Source of the DNA: Anaerobutyricum sp. | GTDB taxonomy: Bacteria > Bacteroidota > Bacteroidia > Bacteroidales > Tannerellaceae | NCBI GenBank assembly: GCA_963629885.1 | Contig: CAVGKO010000001.1 | Location: 10,773 to 56,001, forward strand | Direction: 5' to 3' | DNA: 45,229 nucleotides | Shown here: piece by piece, positions 34,587 through 44,778 of the stretch | How positions within the stretch are numbered: the first letter of the stretch is position 1 | Layout of the letters: every line of letters starts with the position of its first letter | The notes under the pieces: generated by a model | Database searches by the model: none | Told to the model about the DNA's origin: nothing | Seen by the model: only the letters and a program-made list of their open reading frames with translations | Position numbers and translations under genes: made by a program

Positions 34587-36569
34587 ATGACCAAACTGCA
34601 TTCACTCTCTAAAGTAAAGCCCGAATGTTCTGAGATGGACACCGTTCGCCACGAAACGCAACGTAACCCATCGCGCGCATACGACGTGCTTATGATGGCG
34701 CAGCAGTACTGGAACAATATGGCCCGTTTCCGCCGTGACCGCGAGCGGAACAAACGATACACCTATGGTGACCAGTGGGACGACACGATTGAAGTGGACG
34801 GATGCAGAATGACAGAAGAACAATATATCCAAAGTGTTGGCAACGTCCCACTGAAAAACAATCTAATCCGCCGTCTTGTGCGCAACGTGACGGGCGTTTA
34901 CCGCAGTCAGAGCAAGGAGCCCATCTGCACCGCACGCGACCGCGATGAGCAGGGATTGAGCGACACCATGTCGACCGTTCTGCAATACAATATGCAGCTC
35001 AACCGCATGAACGAACTCTACGCCCGCACAATGGAGGACTACATGATAGGAGCACTTGTGGTACACCGAAAATGGTACGGATGGCGAAACGATAAGTTGG
35101 ATTGTTGGACTGACTATGTAAACCCGGGAAGATTCTTCCTCGACACCAACACACGCGACTTCCGTGGGTGGGATACCACTTGCGTGGGCGAAATACATGA
35201 CGTATCTTTCGGTGACCTCATTTCGCGTTTTGCCGAAAGCCCGGAAGACTACGAACGACTGGCAACCATCTATCGTGCGGCGCGCAGCCTCAAGTCTCTG
35301 TCTCTCTATCGGAACTATTTCGGCATCTCAACACGCCGGCAAGACCTTGACTTCCTTTATTGTCCCGACGAAAGTTTGTGCCGTGTTATAGAGGTGTGGC
35401 GAAAGGAAAACAAACCGCGTTACCGATGCCATGACTACAACAACGGCTCCATCTTCAAAATTGAGATTGAGGACAAGACTGAACTGGTAGACAAGGAAAA
35501 CGCCAAACGCCTACAGCAAGCGCGCGAGGTGGGCATGGCCGAAGAAGAAGTCCCGATGATAACCACTGAGTGGTTTATCGACTCCTATTGGTATTACTAC
35601 TACCTAACACCATTTGGCGATATCCTTGCAGAGGGCGAGACCCCCTATGCCCACAAGAGTCACCCCTATGTATTCAAGGCGTACCCGTTTGTCGATGGCG
35701 AAATACATTCATTTGTCAGTGATGTCATAGACCAGCAACGCTACACTAACCGCCTTATTACACTCTACGACTGGATTATGCGCGCAAGCGCAAAGGGCGT
35801 GTTGCTCGTACCTGACGAATGCTTGGGCGACCAAAGCATCGAAGACTTCGCCGACTCCTGGACGAGGTTCAACGGTGTAGTGCTTTATCACGCCAAGCCT
35901 GGAGTGCCGGCACCCGCGCAGATTAGCAACAACTCCACGAATATTGGCATCAGCGAATTGCTCAACATTCAGTTGAAGTTCTTTGAGGACATCAGTGGCG
36001 TGCATGGCGCATTGCAGGGACGTTCCGGAGGTAGCGGCACAAGTGGTACGCTCTACGCCCAACAAGCGCAGAATGCAACGACCTCTCTGCTCGATTTGCT
36101 TGATTCATTCTCGCAGTTTGTAGTGGATGCAGCCTACAAGGACGTGAAGAATATCCAGCAGTTCTACGATGACAAACGAGTATTCAATATCGCGGGCAAA
36201 CGCGCGACACAAGTGGAATACGACCCCGATAAAATTCGCGACACGGAATTTGACCTGTCCATCGTTGAATCGACCGCAACTCCTGCTTACCGACAAATTG
36301 CCAACGACTATCTTATGCAATTCTGGCAAAGCGGTCAAATCACGCTCCAGCAGTTGCTTGAAGTGGGCGAATTCTCCTTTGCCGATGAACTCCTGCAAAG
36401 CATCCAATCGCAGCAGCAACAGATGCAGCAGGGACAACAAGCTGATGGCATCCCCCCCGAACTCGCGCAACAAGCACAGCAGGGCGCAAATATGGACGTT
36501 GTCAACCAACTCTACTCCGCCATGGCGCAGGATAATGGCGGCAACGAAACGCAAACCGAACAATCATGA
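34587..36569 (+). CDS. Portal protein (P22 gp1-like)
   Basis: RNKRYTYGDQW, NNLIRRLVRNVTG, SFVSDVIDQQRYTNR, Q-rich C-terminal barrel. Confidence 0.82.
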   Translation: MTKLHSLSKVKPECSEMDTVRHETQRNPSRAYDVLMMAQQYWNNMARFRRDRERNKRYTYGDQWDDTIEVDGCRMTEEQYIQSVGNVPLKNNLIRRLVRNVTGVYRSQSKEPICTARDRDEQGLSDTMSTVLQYNMQLNRMNELYARTMEDYMIGALVVHRKWYGWRNDKLDCWTDYVNPGRFFLDTNTRDFRGWDTTCVGEIHDVSFGDLISRFAESPEDYERLATIYRAARSLKSLSLYRNYFGISTRRQDLDFLYCPDESLCRVIEVWRKENKPRYRCHDYNNGSIFKIEIEDKTELVDKENAKRLQQAREVGMAEEEVPMITTEWFIDSYWYYYYLTPFGDILAEGETPYAHKSHPYVFKAYPFVDGEIHSFVSDVIDQQRYTNRLITLYDWIMRASAKGVLLVPDECLGDQSIEDFADSWTRFNGVVLYHAKPGVPAPAQISNNSTNIGISELLNIQLKFFEDISGVHGALQGRSGGSGTSGTLYAQQAQNATTSLLDLLDSFSQFVVDAAYKDVKNIQQFYDDKRVFNIAGKRATQVEYDPDKIRDTEFDLSIVESTATPAYRQIANDYLMQFWQSGQITLQQLLEVGEFSFADELLQSIQSQQQQMQQGQQADGIPPELAQQAQQGANMDVVNQLYSAMAQDNGGNETQTEQS

Positions 36570-37342
36570 AAGAATACGACATTGCCCAAATAGCAAAGGA
36601 CGTGCGCATTACCATTGGGCAGAATATGGTAACGGACGCATTGAGCGGAGTCAGTGACGTGGGCACTCTCTCTCTTGAGGAAATCATCCGCAACAAGATT
36701 GAAGATGCAGCCAAGTTCATCCATATGGAAGCCGGACACGATTTGCTCGACGGAAAAACGCTCAACACGAAATGCTACGCTGACTTGGCCGACGATGAGA
36801 AAATCGCGGTACGACTGAAGGTGGACAAGAATTCTAACGGGACATTCACCTGCCTCCGTCTGCCGGACGATTTTCTGCGTCTGGTATCTTACGACGAAAC
36901 AGACTGGTATCACCCTGTAACTGTCGCCATTGACAACCTCAACCCACTCTATGCCATCCAACGTTCCAAGTACGAGTCACTTCGTGGAACACCCGAACAC
37001 CCCGTTGTGGCAATCGTTCACAAAATGGGTAGGCTCTACCTTGAAGCGTATAGCAATACTGACGATGGAAAGAACGAGACCGGCACCAACACCTTTACCG
37101 ACGACACCAGTTTCAACTGGTACTGCTCGTACATTCCTGAGCCGAAGATTGTCAACGACAAGATTTCGCTCTGCCCAAAACTATATCATGCAGTTATCTA
37201 CGCCACCGCATACCTCACCGAACTCGCACATGGAGCCTACAACCAAGCAATGACGAAACTTGCAGTAGCCAAGGAACTCGCCCATATCAGCAGTACGCCA
37301 ACACAACAAGTTGTACAACAAGAAAATAACGCAGATCAATGA
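36566..37342 (+). CDS. Putative head-tail adaptor / tail tube protein
   Basis: LPDDFLRLVS and YIPEPKI...LYHAVIY motifs. Coupled to the portal gene. Confidence 0.6.
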   Translation: MKEYDIAQIAKDVRITIGQNMVTDALSGVSDVGTLSLEEIIRNKIEDAAKFIHMEAGHDLLDGKTLNTKCYADLADDEKIAVRLKVDKNSNGTFTCLRLPDDFLRLVSYDETDWYHPVTVAIDNLNPLYAIQRSKYESLRGTPEHPVVAIVHKMGRLYLEAYSNTDDGKNETGTNTFTDDTSFNWYCSYIPEPKIVNDKISLCPKLYHAVIYATAYLTELAHGAYNQAMTKLAVAKELAHISSTPTQQVVQQENNADQ

Positions 37343-39057
37343 AGAAAGAATGGAAGAACATAGAAGGCAAGACGGTGCGTTTCGACGTAGGAAGCACCAC
37401 CGAGCAAGCGCAGGCTGAGTCGATGCCGGCAGAAGTCATCTGCTTTACCACGGACAATAAAGTCGTTTTCAACGGTGAATACTTTGGTGACGGCGATTCT
37501 TTTTTTGACGTTAATGCGACCGACCTGCCGACCACCAGCGGTACGGCAACGTTTCCCGATGACGGCGGCGAACGCCGTGCAATCTATGACAAGTTGGCGG
37601 CAGCGTGCGCCGATGGCAAAACCATCCGTATCTACCTGGGCAATGGTTCCTCCGGCAAACTCTATGCAGTGGCTTGCTATTCTGAGGGGCGGACGGTAAC
37701 CAATCGCTCCTGTTTCATCCTCTACTTCCTTTGGGGAAAGAAATTGTACTGTCGTTTCGCGCAATGGAATTCGACCGACGCAACTTACACTGCCAGTGCA
37801 ACCGATTTCACCATTGCTGATGCAAGTCAGGTGGCGGAACTCACCTCGCGCGTTGCGACCGATGAAGCTGCCATATCTACGAACAGAGCGAACATTGCCA
37901 CGAACACGGCGAACGTCGCCACCAATAAGGCGGACATCGCCACCAACACCGCCGCCATCTCCGCCCTCAAATCCGCCCTCAAGGGCATAGCCAACACCGA
38001 CTGCGCGCGCGTAGTCATCACCTCTTCGGGCAATTATGCCGTTACGACCAACCTTGATGCGCTCAACGACTTTTCTACCGCCGCAGGGTTATACGCGCTG
38101 ACCTCAGCGAAGGATTACGTCTACGGGCATATGCTCATCGGCTCTGACCCAATGTTCCACGGCACGGTGCAATGGCTTTTCGGTAATTGGACGGTCGAGG
38201 ACGGCAAACTGAAGGTGTCGCACTCCGATGGGTGTGTTACTATTGTTTACCGCATCTACCTCCGCAGCGATGCTAAATGGAGCGATTGGAAGTATTATCA
38301 GCAGAACTTTATCAAGGAGAAAGCCGATGTCTACGATGGCGGCGAGTGGACTTACAACCACACGGCGATTGATGCCATGAAGACTTCGTTGCAGGCGGCG
38401 GTCGATGCGAATGCAGCCAACACCGCCACCAACACCGCCGCGATAGATGTAATAAACACCGACAAGCAAAAATTGTGGGCGACGCTCCAAGACGTAGATG
38501 AACGCAACCTCGAAGCCATCGACAAACTCGACACGGCAGTTGCAGCCAATACCACCGATATTGCCACGAACACAGCCAACATCGCAACACTTAACACGCG
38601 TGTACTGGAACTCGGCAACTTTGCCACGGAAAGCGAAGCAATGAATGCTTTGGCGGAACTTTCAATTTGTGCGAATCAGCAGATATCTGTGGCGCACCTC
38701 AATTATTCAGCGGACAACACAACGTACACCATCACAATGCTGCAAAGCCTGTCGTTCGACTATTGCCGCCAAATTATCTTCAACCGCGACAAGATGAAGC
38801 AACGTGGCATCAAGTTCACAGACTGTAATCGCACGGCGATTAAGTCCATCGAGAACCAACAGTTTATGTTCGGCGACCGTTTGGAATGGTATGCCCGCGA
38901 GAACAAATATGTGCTGAACCAATATGGCAGCGGCGCGTTCAACCACTCTTACTGTCAGTCAATTCCTACGGCTACCTCCACGGCGGACGGATTGATGAGC
39001 AAAGAACTGGTGCAACGCCTCGAAGCACTCGAAAACAAAATCAATGCAATGACATAA
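37339..39057 (+). CDS. Tail fibre-like protein with heptad coiled-coil repeats
   Basis: Repeated ATN(T/K)A(N/D/A)IA heptads separate globular modules. C-terminal ATSTADGLMSKE motif. Confidence 0.7.
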   Translation: MKKEWKNIEGKTVRFDVGSTTEQAQAESMPAEVICFTTDNKVVFNGEYFGDGDSFFDVNATDLPTTSGTATFPDDGGERRAIYDKLAAACADGKTIRIYLGNGSSGKLYAVACYSEGRTVTNRSCFILYFLWGKKLYCRFAQWNSTDATYTASATDFTIADASQVAELTSRVATDEAAISTNRANIATNTANVATNKADIATNTAAISALKSALKGIANTDCARVVITSSGNYAVTTNLDALNDFSTAAGLYALTSAKDYVYGHMLIGSDPMFHGTVQWLFGNWTVEDGKLKVSHSDGCVTIVYRIYLRSDAKWSDWKYYQQNFIKEKADVYDGGEWTYNHTAIDAMKTSLQAAVDANAANTATNTAAIDVINTDKQKLWATLQDVDERNLEAIDKLDTAVAANTTDIATNTANIATLNTRVLELGNFATESEAMNALAELSICANQQISVAHLNYSADNTTYTITMLQSLSFDYCRQIIFNRDKMKQRGIKFTDCNRTAIKSIENQQFMFGDRLEWYARENKYVLNQYGSGAFNHSYCQSIPTATSTADGLMSKELVQRLEALENKINAMT

Positions 39058-39058
39058 T

Positions 39059-39553
39059 ATGACATCATCCCCCAACCTCCCCATCATAGCAGCCACCAGC
39101 GGACTGACAATAGCCAGCGGCAACGTGTTCTACGCGGAGCTGTTGAATGTGCTATTCTCGCTCCGTTGGGCTATTCTCTTCATTATTGTACTTGTCGCGA
39201 CCGACTTTTGGAGCGGACTCGCCGCAAGCGTAAAAATCAAGAAAGAAAAGTTCCGATGGAGCAGGGCGTTCCGCAGAACCTTCTGCAAGTTCCTCGAATA
39301 CATCTGCTACATCATTCTTTCACTCCTCTTGGCAAAGAGCATTCTAATTCCATTCGGCTACTGCAACGAGACTCAGGGTGCAGCCATCGGCGCGGCTCTC
39401 GCACTCTTCGTTGAAGCGAATTCCATCTACGGACACGTGTGTGCGCTGCATGGCATCAGAAATCCCATCTCGCTGAAACGCATCTTCGTCAATTGGCTGA
39501 AGAAGAAGAACGCCGACCTCGGCGAAGCAATTGAAGAAAGCGAAAATAAATGA
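39059..39553 (+). CDS. Phage holin
   Basis: Several transmembrane helices; VATDFWSG...SRAFRRTFCKFLEY...EANSIYGH. Directly upstream of the endolysin. Confidence 0.82.
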   Translation: MTSSPNLPIIAATSGLTIASGNVFYAELLNVLFSLRWAILFIIVLVATDFWSGLAASVKIKKEKFRWSRAFRRTFCKFLEYICYIILSLLLAKSILIPFGYCNETQGAAIGAALALFVEANSIYGHVCALHGIRNPISLKRIFVNWLKKKNADLGEAIEESENK

Positions 39554-39578
39554 ACGAGACACCCAATTATTAGCAGAT

Positions 39579-40094
39579 ATGGCAACTTATACAGATTTAG
39601 TCCCCTTTATCCTCAAGTGGGAAGGCGGCTATGCCGAAGTTAAAGGCGACCGCGGCGGCGCAACCAACAAGGGCGTGACCCTCGCCACCTTCCGCAGCGT
39701 TTACGGCAACGACAAAACCAAAGCCGACCTTAAGGCGATGACAGACGAACAATGGCAACACATCTTCAAGACACTCTTTTGGGACAAGTGCCACGCTGAC
39801 GACATCGCCGACCAAAACATCGCGAACCTCCTCGTAGACTGGGCGTGGAACTCTGGCGCGACAACTCCGATTAAGAAGTTGCAGGGCATTCTCGGTGTGA
39901 CGGCAGACGGAATCATCGGCAAGCAGACACTCGCCGCACTTAACAATCGTTCGCCCCTGCCCGTGTTCGGCGCGCTCAAACAGGCACGAATTGCATTCTA
40001 TAACGCTATCGTGGCGCGCTCACCATCACAAGCCAAGTTTCTAAAGGGATGGCTGAGGCGAGTTAATGCAATCACCTACGGTGAACTGAGATGA
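39579..40094 (+). CDS. Endolysin, glycoside hydrolase family 108 with peptidoglycan-binding domain
   Basis: ILKWEGGY...DRGGATNKGVT...DWAWNSG...ADGIIGKQTL...KFLKGWLRR. Confidence 0.92.
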   Translation: MATYTDLVPFILKWEGGYAEVKGDRGGATNKGVTLATFRSVYGNDKTKADLKAMTDEQWQHIFKTLFWDKCHADDIADQNIANLLVDWAWNSGATTPIKKLQGILGVTADGIIGKQTLAALNNRSPLPVFGALKQARIAFYNAIVARSPSQAKFLKGWLRRVNAITYGELR

Positions 40095-40112
40095 CATAAC
40101 TACGACAATATC

Positions 40113-40670
40113 ATGGAATCCCGCAATCCTTTAGACTTTATTTTACGGTTGCTTCTGCTCGCAGCGTGCGCCGTAATATTCCTCGCCTGTTGCGTTGCGT
40201 GCCAAACGAAGCGTGTGACAGTTCGTGACAGTTCAACTGTCACACAACTGTCACACTGTCACACCCAGGACACCCTCGTCCTCCGCACCGCCGATACACT
40301 TATCGTTCGCGACACCATGACGGGAACGCAGCAGCTAATTCAAACCGACAGTGTAACCGACCGCATCAGCACTTATGTCGTGGTCGACACTTCCGGTCAC
40401 ATACTGGAGCGTGTAGTCTATCGCGACCGACAGGTGTATCACAACCGGGATGCACTCGCCTCATCCAGTCACACCGCCACAACATCCACAACCTCACAAC
40501 AGACAGCAAAGTCCACCACATCTACCAGCAAGGACTCCCTTGTGAACATCTCTACTACCTACGCCCGGAAAACGCGCACTACATTCCGGACGTATCTTGC
40601 CGTGGCACTTGTATTCATATCATTCGCATCCGTGCTGTATTACCTCTTCGTGTATCGGAAACGCAAGTAA
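40113..40670 (+). CDS. Spanin-like lipoprotein
   Basis: N-terminal hydrophobic stretch ending in lipobox-like CVAC, T/S-rich periplasmic part, C-terminal TM plus RKRK. Follows the endolysin. Confidence 0.65.
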   Translation: MESRNPLDFILRLLLLAACAVIFLACCVACQTKRVTVRDSSTVTQLSHCHTQDTLVLRTADTLIVRDTMTGTQQLIQTDSVTDRISTYVVVDTSGHILERVVYRDRQVYHNRDALASSSHTATTSTTSQQTAKSTTSTSKDSLVNISTTYARKTRTTFRTYLAVALVFISFASVLYYLFVYRKRK

Positions 40671-40725
40671 TTGTTATTGGCTTTGCGGCATTGCCCGCCT
40701 TTTTCCAACCAATAACAATTACATT

Positions 40726-41022
40726 ATGGAACAACTTGAATACATCTACAACGCAGTGGTTTATGCCACCGTGCAGGCGAGTGGCATACCACTTCCCCAA
40801 CTCATGAATTCCCGCGCAGACCAATGCGTAACCGCGCGTGTTGTCCTTGTTGACGTACTCTTACAATTGGATATGGCAGAGACGGATATAGTCACTTGCA
40901 GCGGCATGAGCCAGCAACGCGTCAACTCACTGAAGAACAGCCGAAAGTATCGGATGAAAAGCCTTGGGGCAAGAATTCTTAAGGAGGAAGTTAGAAAAAA
41001 AATTCAACAAATTGCCCTCTAA
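40726..41022 (+). CDS. Small hypothetical protein (DnaA-C/HTH-like)
   Basis: SRADQCVTARVVLV...ETDIVTCSGMSQQRVNSL. Confidence 0.6.
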   Translation: MEQLEYIYNAVVYATVQASGIPLPQLMNSRADQCVTARVVLVDVLLQLDMAETDIVTCSGMSQQRVNSLKNSRKYRMKSLGARILKEEVRKKIQQIAL

Positions 41023-41093
41023 GGTAAGCACAATAAAGAAAGTGTACTGAAAATAATAAGGAAGAAAGTTGGGTGACGAAAAAGAATAATTAG

Positions 41094-41101
41094 TACTTTT
41101 G
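41094..41101 (+). promoter_or_regulatory. Sigma-A -7 element for the Panacea toxin-antitoxin operon
   Basis: TACTTTTG upstream of ATG 41146. Confidence 0.7.
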
Positions 41102-41145
41102 CCACATCAAATCCTCTATGTCCAACAATTTTAATCCAAGACATC

Positions 41146-41595
41146 ATGTCTTACAATGTAATCGACATAGCACACAAGTTGTTATGCAAAGCCAAAGCTA
41201 TGGACGATGGTGACCTTATGAGCAATCTTAAACTCCAAAAAATGCTATACTATGAACAAGGATACCATCTCGCTGCATTTAGCACACCCCTCTTTGACGA
41301 AGAAGTAGTGGCATGGATGTATGGCCCCGTTGTCGAAAGCGTCTACAATACCTTCCGCGACTACAAGCGCAATGGGATAGAACCGCAAGACAAAGAACCT
41401 ATCAAACTGGCGAATGACGAAGAAGAACTCTTCGATGAAGTATTCCAAGCCTATGCGGACTTTTCTGCTTATGGGCTAATGAGAAAGACACAGGAAGAGA
41501 TGCCTTGGAAGACCACAGAGCCAAAGCAAATAATCAGCAAAGATAAAATGCGTACTTTCTTCTCAACACTTATGCAAAATGGTGAAGAGAATTAA
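41146..41595 (+). CDS. Panacea (DUF4065/SocA/PanA) antitoxin
   Basis: SNLKLQKMLYY.QG...LFDEEVVAWMYGPVV...LMRKTQEEMPW. Confidence 0.9.
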   Translation: MSYNVIDIAHKLLCKAKAMDDGDLMSNLKLQKMLYYEQGYHLAAFSTPLFDEEVVAWMYGPVVESVYNTFRDYKRNGIEPQDKEPIKLANDEEELFDEVFQAYADFSAYGLMRKTQEEMPWKTTEPKQIISKDKMRTFFSTLMQNGEEN

Positions 41596-41968
41596 AAAGG
41601 TCGCAAAGCCGAACGCTGCACAAGAGATAGGAAAGCCACACCACATTGTTTTCGGCTTTCGGTATCTCCACCCGACAAGCTACCCCGACTGCAACAATTC
41701 TGCATTCTTCATTAAGTTCCTCAAACGTCTTCAGCAGTTAAGTACAATCACTTGGGAACAGGCTAATGTTGCAGACAGACATTCTTTCGGATACGAAAAG
41801 ATTCCCGTTGAACAAATAAAGCCTCACGTCAACTTAACTGAAGATGTTAGGACTATAGTGGCATTCCGTGCCACTGGTGACAACCACGTTTTCCTTGGAC
41901 TAAGGGAAGCCGATGTATTCCAAGTCGTATTTATCGAATCCTCTTTCGGAGATATATACAACCATTAA
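41579..41968 (+). CDS. Putative cognate toxin (RelE-like fold, inferred)
   Basis: 129 aa, overlaps the antitoxin gene. GYEKIP...VAFRATG...FLGLR...FQVVFIE...IYNH. Confidence 0.6.
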   Translation: MVKRIKKVAKPNAAQEIGKPHHIVFGFRYLHPTSYPDCNNSAFFIKFLKRLQQLSTITWEQANVADRHSFGYEKIPVEQIKPHVNLTEDVRTIVAFRATGDNHVFLGLREADVFQVVFIESSFGDIYNH

Positions 41969-41997
41969 GCAATCCTCATTTCGGGGATTGCTTTTTT
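41967..41997 (+). terminator. Intrinsic terminator
   Basis: AAGCAATCCTC/GGGGATTGCTT followed by Ts. Confidence 0.85.
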
Positions 41998-42109
41998 ATT
42001 TACAACCAAATAACAAAACCTACAACCCATCCACAAACCGTTGCTCCATACCTTTGCCGCAGATGCCGGGAAACTCCCAGCACGCGCAAACCATTAAACT
42101 CTCAAAGAT

Positions 42110-42934
42110 ATGGACGCAGAGAAAATCATTTGTTGTGACCGCAACGACAACAACGCCCTTGCCTATGCAGCAATGGCAAACAACCGCAGTCAAGACCCGA
42201 TGGCAATGGCGGCAATGATGAACGGCGGAATGAACGGATGGCAGAACAATCCATTCATCTATCTTGTGTGGATGATGTTCGCCAACAGAATGTGGGGAGA
42301 CAGCACAAACAACACGGTACAGGACGCAGAAATCCAAAGCCAGTTGCAGAGTCTCCGCACGCAGATGAGTGACAACCACAACTCAGACCTTTTAATGCAA
42401 GCAGTAAAAGGGAACGAACAAGCGGTAACTACATTGAGCGTAAATCTAAATTGCGATTTCAATCAATTGCAGACGGCTATATGCTCGGTGCGCTCAAGCA
42501 TCGACAATGTAGCTGGGCAGGTTGGATTCTCCTCAGAGCGCGTGATTAATGCAGCAGAGAAAGGAGACGCAAGCATTATCCAAGCATTGCAGACTTGCTG
42601 CTGCAACACTCAGCAAAGCATCCTCAAGATGGGCTATGAGAATCAACTTGCCGTACAAGGACAGACCAACACTTTGCAGCAGTCGCTCAACTTCGTCAAT
42701 TCATCCGTTGAGCGCGGTTTCTCAGCCATCGGTTATCAGTCCGCGCAGGACAAGTGCGACATTATCCGTGCAGGTGAAGTAAACACTCAGCGCATTGTGG
42801 ACACACTCAACAACCATTGGCAGAGCGACCTTCAGCAACGTTACAACGATGCTCGTCTTGAACTCTCCCAACAGAGGCAGAACGCAGCTCTTATCGCCGC
42901 GCTCAAAACCACAACGACTACCACAACCACTTAA
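42110..42934 (+). CDS. Conserved phage coiled-coil protein of unknown function
   Basis: NNPFIYLVWMM, VGFSSERVINA, CCCNTQ motifs. Promoter TACCTTTG at 42049. Confidence 0.8.
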   Translation: MDAEKIICCDRNDNNALAYAAMANNRSQDPMAMAAMMNGGMNGWQNNPFIYLVWMMFANRMWGDSTNNTVQDAEIQSQLQSLRTQMSDNHNSDLLMQAVKGNEQAVTTLSVNLNCDFNQLQTAICSVRSSIDNVAGQVGFSSERVINAAEKGDASIIQALQTCCCNTQQSILKMGYENQLAVQGQTNTLQQSLNFVNSSVERGFSAIGYQSAQDKCDIIRAGEVNTQRIVDTLNNHWQSDLQQRYNDARLELSQQRQNAALIAALKTTTTTTTT

Positions 42935-42995
42935 CCGCAACCAACGGCATGGGATGAGCCTCAACTCTCTCCCATGCCTTTAATACTTTATCCCT

Positions 42996-43454
42996 ATGCT
43001 ATTTCGAGACATAAAGCCAAACTACCCCGTCTACTTTCTTGACAAGGACAAAGTAACGGCATACGAAGGGAAGGTGGTCAGCGCATCTGTCCCACGCTAC
43101 ATACCTACCCAAACCTCATTGGTCGTGGACATCACCATCGAAGCGAATGGTATCACGCACACCTACACCATTCCCGAATCGTCAACGCTCACATATGCCA
43201 ACAACGTAGTGCTATCCACCGACAAGGACGGAATCCTACGCGAAGTACAAGCAATGAAGTCGGCAAGCGAACGTCACCTGTCTGAAACGGAACACCACCG
43301 TGAAGTAGTGGACTCTTGCAACCGACTACTGGAAGAGATTGATACCACCTTTGCTGAGAAGCGGAAACAGGACAAGCGTATCGAAGGAATCGAAAATGAA
43401 GTAAAAGGTTTAAGTGCTATTGTCAAGGAGTTTATTAATGAATTTAGAAAATGA
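42996..43454 (+). CDS. Hypothetical phage protein
   Basis: 152-aa ORF with beta-rich N-terminus and coiled-coil C-terminus. Confidence 0.75.
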   Translation: MLFRDIKPNYPVYFLDKDKVTAYEGKVVSASVPRYIPTQTSLVVDITIEANGITHTYTIPESSTLTYANNVVLSTDKDGILREVQAMKSASERHLSETEHHREVVDSCNRLLEEIDTTFAEKRKQDKRIEGIENEVKGLSAIVKEFINEFRK

Positions 43455-43795
43455 TGGATATAATTATATATACGCTCAACGGCAAAAAGAAATGTCGGCA
43501 TTATGATAAAGATAGTGCCGAAAAAGCAATTTCTCGCATACATTACACAACGAAAGAGGGAGTTGGATGTAATGGAGCGCATTGGACGCTTGATGAGGTA
43601 TTACAGCTTACGCAGCGACTCAAATTCAAAGAATGCGTAACAGATTACGACAAATGGGTAGCTTTCAATGCGGCTTATGCTGACTTCAACAAAGTGTTGT
43701 CAGTTGAAGACATAATTGAAGCGGGATTTGCATTTTTCTTTGATGACGAGGATGCACCATGTGATAAGCTTTGGCGGTATATGCAATCTTTTTAA
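43451..43795 (+). CDS. Hypothetical phage protein
   Basis: HWTLDEV...YDKWVAFNAAYADF...FFFDDEDAP..KLWRY. Coupled to the previous gene. Confidence 0.75.
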   Translation: MMDIIIYTLNGKKKCRHYDKDSAEKAISRIHYTTKEGVGCNGAHWTLDEVLQLTQRLKFKECVTDYDKWVAFNAAYADFNKVLSVEDIIEAGFAFFFDDEDAPCDKLWRYMQSF

Positions 43796-43800
43796 TGATT

Positions 43801-43824
43801 ATAGGCAGTCTTGCGGCTGCCTAT
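43801..43824. terminator. Hairpin between convergent genes
   Basis: ATAGGCAGTC/GGCTGCCTAT. Confidence 0.6.
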
Positions 43825-43917
43825 ATTATATATATGTGTGTTAGCTAATGTTGACAATTTCCTTGATGCTTTGCGCGTAGGCACGTTTAAGTATTTCTTT
43901 GAATTCTCTTTTCATTT

Positions 43918-44691
43918 TTAATCTCCTAACCTTACAGAATAGACAACGCGATATAAACGGATAACGTTATCCTTACGAATGTTTTGGGTTTCGAACTTGC
44001 TGCACTCATTAATACAACGGCATTCGTAATAGTCTCCTCTGTCATATATGTTGCGCAGCAGGAAACCGAAATCTTTCGTATCAACCACCATTGCTGCACC
44101 TTGAATGATTGTTGTATCGGGGTTAAGGTGCGCGAGAGCAAGTACATCTCCTTGCCAGTATAGTGGTTGCATAGCATCTTGCCGAACTTGGTAGTAGAAG
44201 TCGAAGTCGGAATATTGTTGGAAAGCAGCCAAATGCTCCATAGTGTTGCCGTCCTGCTTCACAATTAGGTAAACATCTGTGTTAGGCTTGGTAGCAAGAG
44301 ACTTGGTAACAATAGGGCGCGAGATGTAATCTTGCGAGCGTTGCTCTTTCGTGGATTGTTCGGGCGGAGTTATTGTTATGTTGCTATTGCCGCTTGCGCC
44401 ATCGGAATACACGTTATTGCTAGCGTTAATCATACATTTGTCGTTTGGCTGAGGATTGGCGAGCATTTCGCCTTCACCATATAATAGCCAATTTTCGTTG
44501 AATAATCCGTTGAAGGTTGCGTTGAATCTCTTAATGAAGCGTTGTGTAAGATATTTAGGGTTTCCATTAATTGCGTTGGACACGCAAGCAGGGTAAGAAT
44601 TCATCATTTCAGCTAATTTTTTCTGATTTTTGACTAACCCCATGAAAACTAAGTACTTATAAGCTTCTTTCAATGTGTTCGTTGTCGACAT
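43918..44691 (-). CDS. CI-like repressor (XRE HTH + S24-like domain)
   Basis: NQKKLAEMM...VSNAING, NENWLLYGEGEM, VRQDAMQP...GDVLAL. Confidence 0.85.
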   Translation of the reverse strand: MSTTNTLKEAYKYLVFMGLVKNQKKLAEMMNSYPACVSNAINGNPKYLTQRFIKRFNATFNGLFNENWLLYGEGEMLANPQPNDKCMINASNNVYSDGASGNSNITITPPEQSTKEQRSQDYISRPIVTKSLATKPNTDVYLIVKQDGNTMEHLAAFQQYSDFDFYYQVRQDAMQPLYWQGDVLALAHLNPDTTIIQGAAMVVDTKDFGFLLRNIYDRGDYYECRCINECSKFETQNIRKDNVIRLYRVVYSVRLGD

Positions 44692-44770
44692 ATTATAAGT
44701 GTTAATATTAATAATTATTAAAATTGAAAAGTTTAATACTAATTTACTTGGTGGATATTAATATGATTAC

Positions 44771-44778
44771 TAACTTTG
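44771..44778 (+). promoter_or_regulatory. Sigma-A -7 element of the early operon, divergent from the repressor
   Basis: TAACTTTG within the AT-rich intergenic region. Confidence 0.75.

Noticed and set aside
37870..38600. GCCAC(C/G)AACAC repeats as a DNA repeat array or DGR target
   Set aside because: Explained by coiled-coil heptads (ATNTA) in the fibre. No reverse transcriptase or adenine-specific TR/VR pair was seen.
42007..42056. A fourth copy of the late promoter motif
   Set aside because: CAAATAA is degenerate and lies 42 nt rather than 32 nt from the -7 element.
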